This document shows positions 22,873 to 36,490 of a DNA stretch of 64,000 nucleotides, in pieces (positions within the stretch are counted from its first letter, which is position 1; every line of letters begins with the position of its first letter). The translations under genes and the position numbers were made by a program. Source of the stretch: Phyllobates terribilis (Eukaryota); assembly GCF_046119375.1 (NCBI RefSeq), contig NW_027362771.1, forward strand, positions 529,604,001 through 529,668,000, in the 5' to 3' direction. Below the pieces are notes generated by a model. That model was given only the letters and a program-made list of their open reading frames with translations. It made no database searches and was not told where the DNA came from.

Positions 22873-25800
22873 ATGCCCAACGTCTGTTCCGAATATCTGA
22901 TTGCAGAGAGTCCCACGTTGGAGGTGCAGTTTGCAGGAAAGAAAGTGGCGTGCTTGGTGGATACCGGATCGGAGGTGACGACCATGCCGATGGAATTTTT
23001 AAAGACGCACTTCGAAGAGACTGTCAAAACAGAGTCAGGATACCTGCTAAGGCTGAAGGCCGCTAATAATGAAGGAATTCCAGTGGCAGGCATCGCCTGG
23101 ATGAGAGTACAGCTGTGCAGCCAGGAGTTGGGAACCAAAGGAGTGGTGCTCGTGAAGACTCAGGCGAGGCCGAATCTCCCGGTGGTTCTGGGAATGAATA
23201 TCCTGAGAGAGCTGGACACCCTTTTGTTTGAGCGTGATGGTCCGAGATACCTCAAACAAGCGACATCCCACAAAGCCACTCAGAGGGCCCTGCAACAGGT
23301 GATCCGTTCGTGCGGCATTCAAAAGAGTTCGGCTGAAGGAAGAGCAGTGGGAGCGGTGTATGTCCCACGCGGGTATGCCGTTGTAATCGCTCCGGGTCAA
23401 GAGAAGCTTGTGTTGATGCCGATAGGGACGCACAGGAAACTGAATGGTGTGGAGGTGATTCTGGAACCAGTGGGATGGTCAGAAGATATGGATAGCCCGA
23501 TGATAGCCCGAACAGTGGCCATTGTGCAAGATGGAAGTGTACCAGTGAGATGTCTGAATCTGCAGATTCATGAGGTGACTCCGGCAGTGGGCACGAAGCT
23601 GGCTGATGTGTATGTGTGTGGTGAAGGAGTCATCCCCAAAAGCCAGTTCACACTGAGGGCAGACCGCCTGAACGCCTGGACCCTGTCGATGCAGACGGCA
23701 GCTGAAGAATCCCCCACTCCCGAGTGGAATGGCAGAAAGATTATGGAAATCATGGGAGTGGATGAGTCCCAGCGGACTCCCGAACAGGCTCGCAGACTGG
23801 AGGCTGCGCTGTGGGAATATCAGGCTGCCTTCTCCAGGGGAGATGAAGACTTTGGTTGCACCAAGGCTGTGGAGCACGAGATACCCACGGGAAACCCCCC
23901 CCCCAATTCGGGAGAGATATCGCCAGATCCCACCGAGTCTTTATCAGGAGGTCAAAGGAATGCTGGCGCAGATGCTGGATAATGGGGTGATCCGGCCGAG
24001 TCAAAGTCCTTGGGCCGCACCGGTCGTGCTGGCCTGGAAAAAAGATGGAACCATATGGTTTTGTGTTGATTACCATAAGCTGAATGCGCACACAGTATGT
24101 GACTCCTACCCGTTGCCCCGGATCGAGGAATCTCTGTCTGCCCTGTGGAAGGTGAAGTACTTCTCCACTCTTGACCTGGCCAGCAGCTACTGGCAGGTGC
24201 CCGTGGCAGCTCTAGATCGGCAGAAGATAGCATTCTTCTTGCCAATGGGACTGTATGAATTTAATCGAATGCCCTTCGGACTGACTAATGCTCCAGGAAC
24301 GTTTCAGCGGTTAATGGAATACTGCTTGGGCGATTACAATTTCGAGTCCGTGTTGATCTATTTGGACAATGTGATTATATTTGGAGATTCGTTCGACGAT
24401 CACCTGAAGAAGCTCCGGCAAGTGTTGCACCGACTGAGGGACGATGGACTTAAGATCAAGCCAAAGAAATGTCACTTGTTCCGGACACAGATCGATCTGG
24501 GGCATGTAGTGTCGGCTGAGGGTGTGCGACCAGCACCGAGTAAAATTGAGGCCATTCAGGCGTGGCCCCGTCCCAAGACCGTGAGAGAAGTACGGGCATT
24601 CCTCGGTTTAGCCAGATACTACCGTTGGTTTGTGAAAGACTTTGCTAAGGTGGCTGAACCACTGAATGAGTTGTTGAGAGGGACGGCACAGGGGCCCAAG
24701 AATCAGCCGATTCGGTGGACGAACCGACAGCAACAGGAATTAGATCGGGTCAGGGCCGCCCTTGTACAGGCACCTTTATTGGCGTATGCTCGCTTTGACC
24801 AACCGTTCACCCTGTACACTGATGGAAGTCTCCATGGTCTGGGAGCAGTGTTAGTCCAAGAACAAGATGGGCGTGAGAGGGTCATCACCTATGCTAGCCA
24901 GTCTCTACAGGACACCGAGCAAAATCCAGGCAATTACAGCTTGTTTAAGCTGGAGATGTTGGCCCTGGTGTGGGCCATGACTGAGAAGTTTACAGAGTAT
25001 CTGGCTGGTTCTGAGATGCTCGTGATGACGGAAAATAATCCGCTTGCACACTTGGAAAACGCTAAGCTGGGAGCCCTGGAGCAGAGATGGGTGTTGCAGA
25101 TGTCCAAGTTTAATTACCGGATTCGGTTCCGTTCGGGTAAAGAGAACTCCAATGCTGATGCATTATCACGAGTGACCTAAGGCGCACCCGAGCATGGGTA
25201 CTGAGTTCCCCGATTTGAGGCGATTGCCTCATTTTGTGGACGTGGCACGTTCAAGTGGGGTGACGACACGGGTCGCCACATTGCTGGGCAAGACTCGTCA
25301 AGAGTGGGCTGAGTTACAGGATGCAGACTCTGAACTGTCACGAGTAAAGAAATGGCTGAGTCAAAAGTCCTGGCCTGACGGGAGAGCAAGAGCACGGCTG
25401 GGTGTAGAAGGACAAAAGCAGCTAAGGCAGTGGGATCGATTGGCCATAGCGGAGAGGATAATGTATCGCTGGATCTACATAGCAGCGGAGCTGGGGTACC
25501 GTTGGCAGGTAGTAATTCCAGCTTCAGTGGCTCTGGACATTGCCCAGGAAGCTCATACATGGGGTGCACATTTCGGGCCTGAGAAGACTTATCGTTGGCT
25601 GAACCGGTACGTGTACACACCTGGCTTAGAAGAAGTTGTGAGAGAGGTTGTGGTAGGTGCCGGGCATGTGAGCTGAATAAGTCCCCGGAGCAGAGGGCTC
25701 CTGTCCAGACAAGCGTGACGTCTGCCCCACTTGAAGTGCTAATGGTGGATTATTTGTCAATTGGGTACGCCAGAAGTGGTCATCATTCATGTCTGGTCAT

Positions 25801-26600
25801 GACTGATCACTTTACTAAGTTTGCCGTCGCTGTCCCCACCAAGGATCAGACTGCTAAGTCCGCAGCGGAGGCAATTTGTAAGCATTTCATCCAGGTTTAT
25901 GGGTGTCCTCAAAGGATACATTCAGATCAAGGTGCTTGCTTTCAAGGTCAGCTCATAACAGAACTGCTACAAGTCTATGAGATTCAGCAATCCCGGACAA
26001 CGCCCTACCATCCGCAGGGAAATGGGGCCTGTGAACGGTTCAACCGAACCTTGCTCTAGATGCTGAGAACGCTTGAACAGAGGCAGAAGGAGCAATGGAC
26101 TGAGTTCCTCCCAGAACTTATGTGGGCCTATAACAATCGGGTCCATAGCACCACAGGATTCACTCCTTACGCGATGATGTTCAGTCGGCCTGGGCGAGAG
26201 ATCGAAGAACTGAGTCTCACTGTACGCGATGAACTAGAATATCGTACAGCCAGTAAGTGGGTCCAGGATCATCGCCGAAGGTTGCGGGAAATCCACCGGA
26301 TAGTAAAAGACCGTGTGCAGGATCATCCCCACCGAGATCGGGGGCCGGTGCACCTAGATGAGTTCCGGGTGGGTGATAAGGTGCTATTGCGAGTCACGCG
26401 TCCGGGAGGGAAGTTGAGCGACAGGTGGGAGGATACGCCCTACACAGTAGTGGAAAGGGTATTCCCAGGGGGAAGTGTGTACACAGTGGTTCCCGAAGGG
26501 TGCATTGGACCCCGTCGCACAATGCACCAGAACTGGCTAAAGAGGTGTATGTCCGACACACCTGCCTGTCACCCTGAGTCACCTGTGCCACCTACGGCGG
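22873..26600 (+). pseudogene. pol: Gypsy protease-RT-RNase H-integrase, frameshifted
   Basis: CLVDTGSEVT; IYLDNVIIF (YLDD mutated); LYTDGSLHGLGAVL; MVDYLSIG, IHSDQGACF, GACERFNRT then TAG. Confidence 0.9.
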
Positions 26601-27964
26601 TTGCACCGAGCAATGTTGAATGCGACTGTTGGGATGACTTGGGGGTGAGACCCTCGGATGTGCAGAGTCCGATAGCGCAAGTTCCAGGTGTTCCAGGCAC
26701 CGCCCCTGATGTTACTGTTCCACTAGATGCGGTGGACCCTCTATCGAGCTCGGCAGGTACTGGTTGCGGAGATCGGAGAGGAACACAGCTGGTGTTTCCC
26801 CGATACGATATAATCCTGAGGAGTATGTGTTACATATGAGTGGTATGAAACCATTTGTCGGGGCGCCAAATTGTAAGTGGGGTGGAGTATAACATGTTGA
26901 CATGTCTTTCTAGTAATGAGTTCATATTACTGACAGTATAAATTTCTCCTGCAATGACTTAGTCCGGCCATTAGGGGTCAGCAAGAAACAAGTAAAGAAA
27001 AAGCCAGGGGATTTGTGAAAAAGCCCAGGAAACAGAGAACCAGGAAGTCCTCTGAGGAGACGAGACGTGTCTGATGCCCAGGGATGTTTGGGAGCTTGCA
27101 CAGACTGCAGCCGGACAGTGTGTTCAAGAAGAAGCTGTGCCTTGTGAGTAACTGAGATATGTGACCGGTCACCAACTGTGTAGTCAGTTAGGGAAAGCTA
27201 GTTGGTGATTCCAGTAGTGCTGAGAACTGCCTGGTGTATATCACTGCTGATGGACTGAGCAGGCTTGATCCAGAGATTGTGAAGGATCTGGTATACTAAG
27301 ACTCTTTGTACGTGGATTCTAGAAAGGACCCCTGTTGTGAACTACACTTTGAGACTGACATTGATTCTAATTCCTGCTTACACCTGAATGTGCTGAAGAG
27401 CTTGGTGAGAAGGAGAAGCTGATCAAACCCTGTGGCCGGAGATCAGGGTCTAATAAAAGGTTTAGTTTGTTAACTGCTTGTATATGTATTAAGTCTGAGA
27501 GATTTCTCTTTGCTCTTGTAAGAAGAGAAACTGTACACTGTATAGGTAACGCGCTGACTAAATATATATATATATATGAGTGTTCTCTATGGGGAAAACA
27601 AGGGTACCCAGATACCATTGTATTAGTGTGGGAGGGGGGTGTAAGTTTATATTCCTGGGAGGACCACGTGCCACATCCGCGATAACATCCTGGGTAGGCC
27701 CTGTACTGAATAAGGGTGGGAGCAGCATAGCCCAGGGGTAGTTTGGCTCATTCCCGCAAGATTGGCACTTGGGCTCTCTCGGGCTGCATAACTTGTATTT
27801 TGTGTTAGTGGCCGTTGTGGCCCATATTTTGTAGAATCGTTTAACCCTGTCATTTGTGTGACCAGTACAAAGAAAGTTATTTGCCACTATACGAGGTCGG
27901 AGTCATTGATAGCAGCACCATATCCCTCATACACATTCGACCGGCGTTCCGGTCGTTACATCTC

Positions 27965-28765
27965 ATTCTCCAGACAAAACCAACCAGTCCCTGGATCACT
28001 TTGTCACCTGGCTTCCACACTTTCTATCCTGTGACATTCCTACTCTCCTTATGGGGGACTTTAACATACCTATTGATGATCCACTTTCACTATTTGCCAA
28101 TCATCTTCTTTCTCTAACCTCCTCCTTTAGCCTTTTACAGCTTACTAACTCTCCTACACATGTAGATGGGATATATTATGGATCTGGTCTTCTCCCAGCT
28201 TTGGTCAAGGTATGACTTTACTAAATTCCCTCTCTCACTCTCCCACAAACTTATTTTCTTCTCTGTGAAGAACTTTCTCCATGCCCAGGACACCCCCAAT
28301 TATCACACATGCAGAAATCTACATGCCATTAACACCAAGCAGTTTATGAACAATCTAGTCATCTTTAGCTCCAATCTCTTTCCTCTCCTGTCCAGACTCT
28401 GCATTGTCACATTATAATAATACATGACAGAGTACACTGGATGGCGCAGCACTTGCTACATGCAGAAAAACCCGACAAAGAATACGGTAACCTTGGCACA
28501 CGCTGCAAACATGTTTTCTCCAGCGTTGCACAAGGTGTGCCGAGCATCAGTGCAGAAAATCATTTTCGGCAAAAGGCCTTCTCCACTATAAGCTCATGCT
28601 CAAAACCTATAACTCTGCTCTCCATCTGGCCAAACAAGTCTACTTCACCACCCTCATCACATCACTAGCCAACAATCCAAAATGACTCTTCAAAACTTTC
28701 CACTCCCTCCTGAGCCCTAAAGTACAGGCCCTGGTCACGAACCTTAGCGCTGATGATCTGGTCAC
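27965..28765 (+). mobile_element. L2 LINE piece 2
   Basis: WLPHFLSCDIPTLLMGDFNIPID endonuclease motif; ends DDLVT at the hAT TSD. Confidence 0.85.
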
Positions 28766-29329
28766 TAGTGATGGGTGAGCACTAAAATGCTCGTAGTCTA
28801 TGGGAAACTCAAGCATTTTTCAGGCGGCTCCCCCGGTGGTCTGCAGAGGGCCTAAAAATTGCCCAAATCGATGGGAACAGCGCTCAAATGACATGGGAAC
28901 AGCATGGGGAAAACCCCTGGAAGCATTTCTAACTCCCAGGTCACTGCTGTCAACAACGTTGTCAGAGGTATTACGCCACTTTTACGGACTCATGATAAAA
29001 CATACAAAAACTAAACCAAAATGGATTTTCCTGGGAAATATGTTAAGGAACATCATTTCCAGGGTAATGACTTGCAAAATAAATAACCAAAAACAAAAAT
29101 ACTCCTCCACACCTTGGGCTGTGTTCACATGTAGCGTTTTTGCATTGCTTTCAACCAAGACAAATGCATTCACTGGGAAATGCCATTTTAACATTTTACA
29201 ACCTTATCTGGCCATGTGGTGTGTGATACATCATCAGACACATGCATACAGTGCTGAAAAGACATGGGAACAGCATGGGGAGGACCCCTGGAAGCATCTC
29301 TGATTCCCAGGTCACTGCCTAAAAGTGTG

Positions 29330-30060
29330 CCCATCATAAGTGATCCTTGGCGCATGTGAAGATGCCTCCCACCATGCATCTGTCGTTGCAGACTTGCAAC
29401 AATCACCGTCCACATCCTTGTCCCAGTGCAGCGTTCAGTTGTCCCTACCCCATTCCTTGCAATGCAAGCGTAAGTATGCAGCCAGCCACCCACCCACCCA
29501 CAGGCTGCAATACTATACTGCCAAATTTTTGACAGCTGCTTGCACTTGAAATGTGGCCTTTTAGGCTCGTGGAGGCGGAAGCTGTCCACAACCTTATGGC
29601 GGCAGCGACCAAGTATCCATACTCGGTCTCCAGCCGCCACTATTTGTCCCGATGTCGTCTCCGCCTTCCACAAGCACGGGTCCTACAACATTACCCATGC
29701 CCTCTCCAGTGAACTTACTGGGAAAGACCACCTACCCACAAACACGTGGTCAAGTGAATGTAGCCAGGGACGGTACGGAGCCAGTCCACAGCTTTTTTTG
29801 CTGAGAGTTGTATTTCACCACAGCCATATTCTTTAGCTTGGTGAAAGGACTTGGGAAACCATATCTACTCCAGCTGTTATTTCTCTCAGGAAGTCCTCTA
29901 AAGCTGCTTTCACTTGAAATGTGGCCTTTTAGGCTCGTGGAGGGGGAAGCTTTTCACAACCTCATGCCAGCGGCGGCCGGGTGTCCATACTCGGTCCCCA
30001 TCCGCCACTATTTCTCCCGGTATTGTATCCGCCTTCTACAAGCGCGGGTCCCTGAACATT
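29330..30060 (+). pseudogene. Inverted, partly duplicated hAT transposase fragments
   Basis: SLSQCSVQLSLPHSL...EMWPFRLVE...RHY seen twice (about 29535-29700 and 29900-30060). Confidence 0.75.
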
Positions 30061-30314
30061 ACTGCTGGTACTTTTCAGAGGGAATCTGCTTGCCTCCTAC
30101 CAGCCTGGAATATTTCCAGTAAACTATGGTACGATGCCATGGTGTTAGCACTGTCCCGAGTACCAGTAGTGAAGCCATCCCCAATTTCCTTCTCAGGAAT
30201 TTTATTTGGTAGACTGAGTGGCTGCCCAAATACATTAGTTTCTCACAAAGGAGATGAAGATAGAGTGGCAGTAGGTGCAAGTTTCTCCAGCCTGTTAGAT
30301 ATTAGAGGGTGAAC

Positions 30315-30440
30315 TGCAGCACATTGGATCAGTGGTTAGCACTGAAGTCTTGCAGCGCTGGGATCCTGGGTTCAAATCCCAGCAAGGACAACATCTGCAA
30401 GGATTTTGTATGTTCTCCCCATGTTCGCGTGGGTTTCCAC
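30315..30440 (+). mobile_element. tRNA-derived SINE fragment (V-SINE-like)
   Basis: Pol III A box TGGATCAGTGGTTAGC, B box GGGTTCAAATCCC, then a TTTGTATGTTCTCCCC...GTGGGTTTCC core. Confidence 0.7.
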
Positions 30441-30584
30441 CTCAGTAAAAAAGCAGCCATAGAGTGTCCGGGAACCTTCCCACACACTTTTCTTAGCCAG
30501 GACTGCTTCTCGGCAGGGTTGGACAGTCCCACCAGAGTATCCTCTGGTGTGCCCTGGCTTCTGCATCAGGAGAGTTCATGATAG

Positions 30585-31766
30585 TGTGGGGCCCCTGCGG
30601 GTCCAGTAGCCACAGAGATAGTGCATCTCACCCAGAGGTGTAGTACCCCACTCTCGGGTAAGGAGGGAGTACTTCCCGGGACCCACACACCCACATTCAT
30701 TACACTCCACTTCAGTAGGGAAGGGCGAGATTGCTCCTAAGGGAGAGCACAGTCCCTGGTCCCTAGCTGGAGGGTGGAACTAGGTAGAGGAGGTGGGTGG
30801 AGGAAGAAGTTTAGTGCAGCACAGAGGGTAGGAGTATAAAAAGAAGGTAGAAGGTTCTAGATCAAGCCAGTCTCCTGCTCTAGTGCTTGGAGCAGGAGTG
30901 CAGAGTGAGTTGGGAGCTGGGAGCTCAGGAGGAGCTCTGCTCCGGAGATCAAGGAAGGAGAGAAGAGACGAGCAGTGAGAAGGGCTCCAGGAGGAACAGA
31001 GGGGATCCCAGGGGCACGGTGAGTGCGGATGCCACCCGTGCGCCCGAATCCATGCTGACGTGGAGGGATCAGGCCGCAGAGAGGGGACCGGCCCCTAAAC
31101 TAGTGGAGAACAACCAGGCTCAGCTAGCCAACAGGAGGCTGCAGCATTTGCAAGGTGTTGTAGCCAAAACCCACAATTATATCACCGAAAAGGTGGCCAC
31201 ATAGGGTCCAAGGGAATGCAAGTCGCCCAACAAGGCCCGAGGTCACTGGCTTGGGACACTGATTGTGAGGCGCAGGGCAGGAGGGTGAGAGCCAGCGCAG
31301 TGAGACGACCAGGAAAGGTACATAGAACGGGGTCCCATCCGAGTGCTCCTGAAATACCTGAGATTTTGCTGGATCACTACCCCGGAGGACACAGGATGAC
31401 GTTGGCGGTTAAAATCCGGAAAGTGTAACCTGAGGAACTTAACAACTGTGAGTAAAACCTGAAGATTGTACCCACTGTGTCCTTGAATAATTGCAGCGCC
31501 ACCAGCCCTGCACTACACAGCACCAGCAGCATCTACCTCATACAATTTATCATTTCCTGCCCTGGAGCTAAGCTCTGCCTGTGGAGAGCTGAACCAGCTC
31601 TGCTGCGTCACCATCAGCTCCAGTGGATCTGCACCGCAGCGGCGGCCCCCTATAGCCGCATACCACATTATCTCTAAAAACTTTATTCTCTTTTTCTTTA
31701 AATTATTTGACCACCCGGGGCCACGGACCGGCTACCGAGTACCCCACGGCCCCAGGGGGCGCTTCA
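30585..31766 (+). mobile_element. Solo LTR of the CSD-associated family
   Basis: TGTGGGGCCCC...GGGGGCGCTTCA; 4-bp TSD ATAG at 30581-30584 and 31767-31770. Confidence 0.9.
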
Positions 31767-31959
31767 ATAGCACAAACTATGCAGCTGCTATGGGGCTTTT
31801 GAGCAGGGAAGAAAGGTGAGCCCTCAGAATCAAATTCTCTGGACAGCTTCTCAGTGGGAGTTGTATTTCACCAAAGCCATATTCTTTAGCTCGGTGAAAG
31901 GACTGGCATAGAGGGAAACCATATCTACTCCGGCTGTCATTTCTCCATCACCAGGTTCC

Positions 31960-32276
31960 GCCCATTGTCACACACGACCATGCCTGGCTATATGTTCAGC
32001 GGTGAGAGCCACAGATCATGCTGCTGTGTTACAGCTTTCAACAACTCTGCAGCGCTGGGCGGTTTGTCACCTAAGCATTAAGCATGTTTTCTTCAGCACA
32101 GCATGTTGCCGCTTGGCCAAGGCAGTGCTGCAGTGCTTTCAGCTTGTGACTGATGTGGTCATTTCGGAGATGGAGGCTGAAGAGGAGGGGGAGGCTGAGG
32201 AGGATGAGGTGCAGGAGCTGTAGACTGTGGGGGCAACCCTGATTGACCTAGGGCCTTCGATCCTTGGCGTCGGGAA
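31960..32276 (-). pseudogene. Duplicated hAT transposase fragment with the empty site of the 35891 insertion
   Basis: GATTGACCTAGGGCCTTCGATCC is uninterrupted here; matches 35600-35890 joined to 40550-40580. Confidence 0.8.
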
Positions 32277-32659
32277 CAGCGCTCAAATGAGGAGGAGGAG
32301 GAGGTGAAGGAGCTGAACAATGTGATTACATTGAGGTTACATTGGCGACTCTGTTTTTTATACTACAGAAAGATCCTACTGTTTTGGGGTTTTTTTACGT
32401 TATTTTTTAAGACAAATGCATTTACCGGGAAATGTCATTTTAACATTTTATAGCCTTATCTGGCCATGTGGTGTGTGACACATCATCAGACACATCCTGT
32501 TTAATTTATGATGGAGGGACTGTGAAAGTCACGAAGCCTATTTTTATAGGGCCATCAGGCGGCTCTTACTATTCTTGAAAGGCCAGCAGTCGGCCTTCGC
32601 TATTGTTAGAGAGCCATAAGCCGGCTATGCTTTGTTGTTCCCATTATTAACAAGTGGGT

Positions 32660-33890
32660 CTCCTATACTGTTATTGCGTATGCAGTGACTGCAAGGGCTG
32701 CCACAAATTCGGACGCAACCCAATACCCCTTTGAAGAGACATAGAGGAGGGTGTCAGTAAAAAAAAATGTTCCCATTATAAAGGAGAAGGTCTCCTATAG
32801 TGGTAATGCCTATGCTGTGACTGCAAGGGCTGACAAAATTTGGGAAAAACCCCACTAACAATTTAAAGACACATCAAGCAGGGCCACAGTAATGAGTACA
32901 ACATATTGCCATTAGAAATGAGAGGGTCTGCTAAACAGTTATAGGGTATGCAGTGAGTCCATCGGCTGACAAAATTTAGTAAAAACTCCACTAACAATTT
33001 AAAGACACATAGAGCAGGGCCACAGTAATGACATATTTCCATTACAAAGGAGCGGGTGTTCTATACAGTTATAGGGTATGCAGTGAGTCCATCGGCTGAC
33101 AACATTTAGGAAAAACCCCACTAACAATTTAAAGACACATAGAGCAGGGCCACAGTAACGAGTATGACATGTTCCCATTAGAATGGAGAGGGTCCGCTAT
33201 ACAGTTATAGGGTATGCAGTGAGTCCAACGACTGACAAAATTTAGGAAAAACCCCACTTACAATTTAAAGACACATAGAGCAGGGCCACAGTAACGAGTA
33301 TGACATGTTCCCATTAGAAAGGAGAGAGTCTGCTATACAGTTATAGGGTATGCAGTGAGTCCAACGGCTGACAAAATTTTGGAAAAACCCCACTAAGAAT
33401 TTAAAGACACATAGAGCAGGGCCACAGTAACGAGTACGACATGTTGCCATTAGAAAGGAGGGAGTCTGCTATACAGTTATAGGGTATGCAGTGAGTCTAA
33501 CGGCTGACAAAATTTAGGAAAAACCCCACCAACAATTTAAAGACACAAAGAGCAGGGACACAGTAACGACAAATTCCCATTAGAAAGGAGAGGGTCTCCC
33601 ATACTGTTTGCCTATGCAGTGAAGCAACGGCTGTCAAAAATTTGGAGGAACTCCAATGCCCCTTGCAAGAGACGAAGAGGGCCTCATGAAAAAATGTTCC
33701 CATTATTAGGAAATGGGTCTCCCATTGTGTTGGCCTATGCAGTAAATGCAAGGGCTGAAAAAAAAATTGAGAGGCACTCCAATGCCCCTTGGAAGAGACG
33801 TAGAGGGCCTCATAAAACAATGTTCCCATTAGAAAGGAGCGGGTCTCCTATACTTGTAATGCCCATGCACTATGTGTATGGACTGACAAA
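32660..33890. repeat. 136-bp tandem repeat, about 8-9 copies, degenerate at both ends
   Basis: AGAGCAGGG anchors at 33011, 33141, 33277, 33413, 33549. Confidence 0.85.
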
Positions 33891-36221
33891 CATTTACCCC
33901 TGGGGGTATACATGAACATACTGTATAAAACAATTTTTTTACTGGCACCCTTTAAAAAATTATGTGGGTGTTGCATCACGGACCACGGTCACCCTAGTGA
34001 TATGGTGGTGGAAGATGAGGAGAAAGAGGAGGAAAGAGCAAATAGCCAAAATCAGGGAACGTATACCCATGTGTGGGTGTGAAAAGGTGCATGGGAATAC
34101 ACCTCCCAAAAAATACACTGGATTTGAGTTTATGTTACGCTGCTATCATTCGGTGGTGTTGAGAAGTCTGGCCCAATCCAGCCCGTGTTCATTTTTATAA
34201 GAGTCAGCCTGTCAGCATTTTCAGTTGACAGGCGGATGCGCTTATCAGTTATAATTCCACCAGCGGCACTAAAAACCTGCTCTGATAAAACGCTAGCGGC
34301 AGGGCAGGCCAGGACCTCCAAGGCGTAGAGAGCCAGTTTATTCCATGTATCCAGCTTGGATACCCAATAATTATAAGGCACAGAGGCATCACGGAGGAGG
34401 TTGGTACAGTCGGCAAGGTATTCCCTCAGCATCTTCCCAAACTTTGCACTCCTTGTGAGAGTACCCCGCGCCTCAGGGCCTGTGCGATGGGAGGGGCTGA
34501 GAAAATTCTCCCAGAACTTTGACAGTGTTCCCCTGGCTCTGCTGGATTGGAGTTGTGTCTCTCTCGCCTGTAGTCCTTGGTTATCCAACGAACCGTGACC
34601 TCTGCCGCCAGTGTTTTCAGATGGGAATTTTTTTAATAGTTCCGCAACAAGGGCTTTCTGGTACTGCCCCATTTTTGTAGACCTGTCCACCTCAGGATAA
34701 GAGATAAACAGTTCTCCTTGTAGCGTGGGTCTAGAAGTGTCACCAACCAGTAATGACTGTCACCCAAAATTTTGAGAACGCGAGGGTCATGGGAAAGGCA
34801 GCGTAACATAAACTCAGCCATGCGTGCCAGACTGCTAACAGGCAAGACTTCCGTGTCCTCACCAAGAGGATGAGTGACCATGCTCTTCTCCTCCTGTCTA
34901 TCCTCAGGCCATCCACGCTGAACAGACGTTATGACAGTTGTACACGTAGTACCGTCTATAGCGCATGAAACTTGCTCCTGTTCTTCCTCCTCCTCCTCTT
35001 CCTCATTGTCACCTAATCCACGTTGAGATGAGATGAGGCTGGGCTGTGTGTAATCACCCTGTATGGTTCCTTTCTCCATCTCATCGTGCTCCGCCTGCAA
35101 TGCATCCTCTTTGATTGTGAGCAGAGAGCGTTTCAGAAGACAGAGAAGCGGGATGGTGACGCTAATTATGGCGTCATCGCCACACACCATCTTGGTGGAG
35201 TCTTCAAAGTTTTGGAGGATGGTACATATGACTGACATCCATGTCCACTCCTGAGTTCTTATGTGTGGAGTCTGAATACCGACAGCCTTGTTGATGCTGG
35301 TACTCAACAACTGCCCTCTTCTGCTCACAAATCCGTCCCAACATCTACAGTGTAGAGTTCCAACGTGTGGGGACATCACACACCAGTCTGTGAGGCGGAA
35401 GCTGCAAACGCTGCTGAAACACGGCAAGGGCGGCGGAAGCTGTAGGTGACTTTCTAAAAGGGGCACACAGGTGGCGTACTTTAACAAGCAGATTCAGCAG
35501 CTCTGGGTAGGATTTGAGAAATCGCTGAACCACGAGGTTAAGCACATGGGCCAGGCATGGTATGTGTGTGAGCTCGTCTCGCCTCAGAGCCGCCACCAGG
35601 TTCCGGCCATTGTCTCACACGACCATGCCTGGCTGTAGGTTCAGCCGTGTGAGCCACAGATCTGCCAGCTCTTTCAGAGTTGTCCACAACTTTTCAGCAT
35701 TGTGCGGTTTGTTACGTAAGCATATTAGCTTCAACACAGCCTGTTGCCGCTTGGCCGAGGCAGTGCTGCAGAGCTTCCAGCTTGTGACTGATGTGGTAAT
35801 TTCGGAGATGGAGGCTGAAGAGGAGGAGGAGGCTGAGGAGGATGAGGTGCAGGAGCTGTAGACTGTGGGGGCAACCCTGATTGACCTAGGTGTAACATAC
35901 CTGGCGGCGTCCTTGCATGGTGGTCCATCTCCCACTGTGCAAGAGGGCGCACTTGATCTCCTGTCCAGAATGTCTCTCTGGCTTCCCTCCATGCTGTCTG
36001 TTTGTGTCTGTTTCTGCTGCTTAAGGGCGGCGCCCGATCACTTCCTGCCTTTTGTACCTGCTGTGGGTCACACCCCTTGTGCGTCCTCAGCCTATTGCTG
36101 TCTGTCACTTGGTATATAGCTCAGCAGCTCCCTTCTATCCCTGCCTGAGCATAGTGTTTCCTTCAGTGTGTGCTTGCACTCTGAAGGTGCCAGGTCCCGT
36201 CTCTTGTCTCCTGCTTTTTGT

Positions 36222-36490
36222 ATCAGTTCCCGTGTCTGAACTGAGTCCTGTATGTCTCCTGCTTTGCGGTATCAGCTCCCGTGTCTGAACTGAGTCCTGT
36301 ATGTCTCCTGCTTTGCGGTATCAGCTCCCGTGTCTGAACTGTGTCCTGTATGTCTCCTGCTTTGCGGTATCAGCTCCCGTGTCTGAACTGAGTCCTGTAT
36401 GTCTCCTGCTTTGCGGTATCAGCTCCCGTGTCTGAACTGAGTCCTGTATGTCTCCTGCTTTGCGGTATCAGCTCCCGTGTCTGAACTGAC
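36222..36490. repeat. 49-bp tandem repeat in the 5' LTR (6 anchors)
   Basis: GTGTCTGAAC at 36232, 36281, 36330, 36379, 36428, 36477. Confidence 0.95.

Larger units (their letters stand above)
20724..27960 (+). mobile_element. Full-length degenerate Ty3/Gypsy element with tRNA-Ser PBS, inserted in L2
   Basis: LTRs 20724-21794 and 26888-27960; PBS 21798-21815; PPT 26875-26887; flanks TATC/TCTC. Confidence 0.95.
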
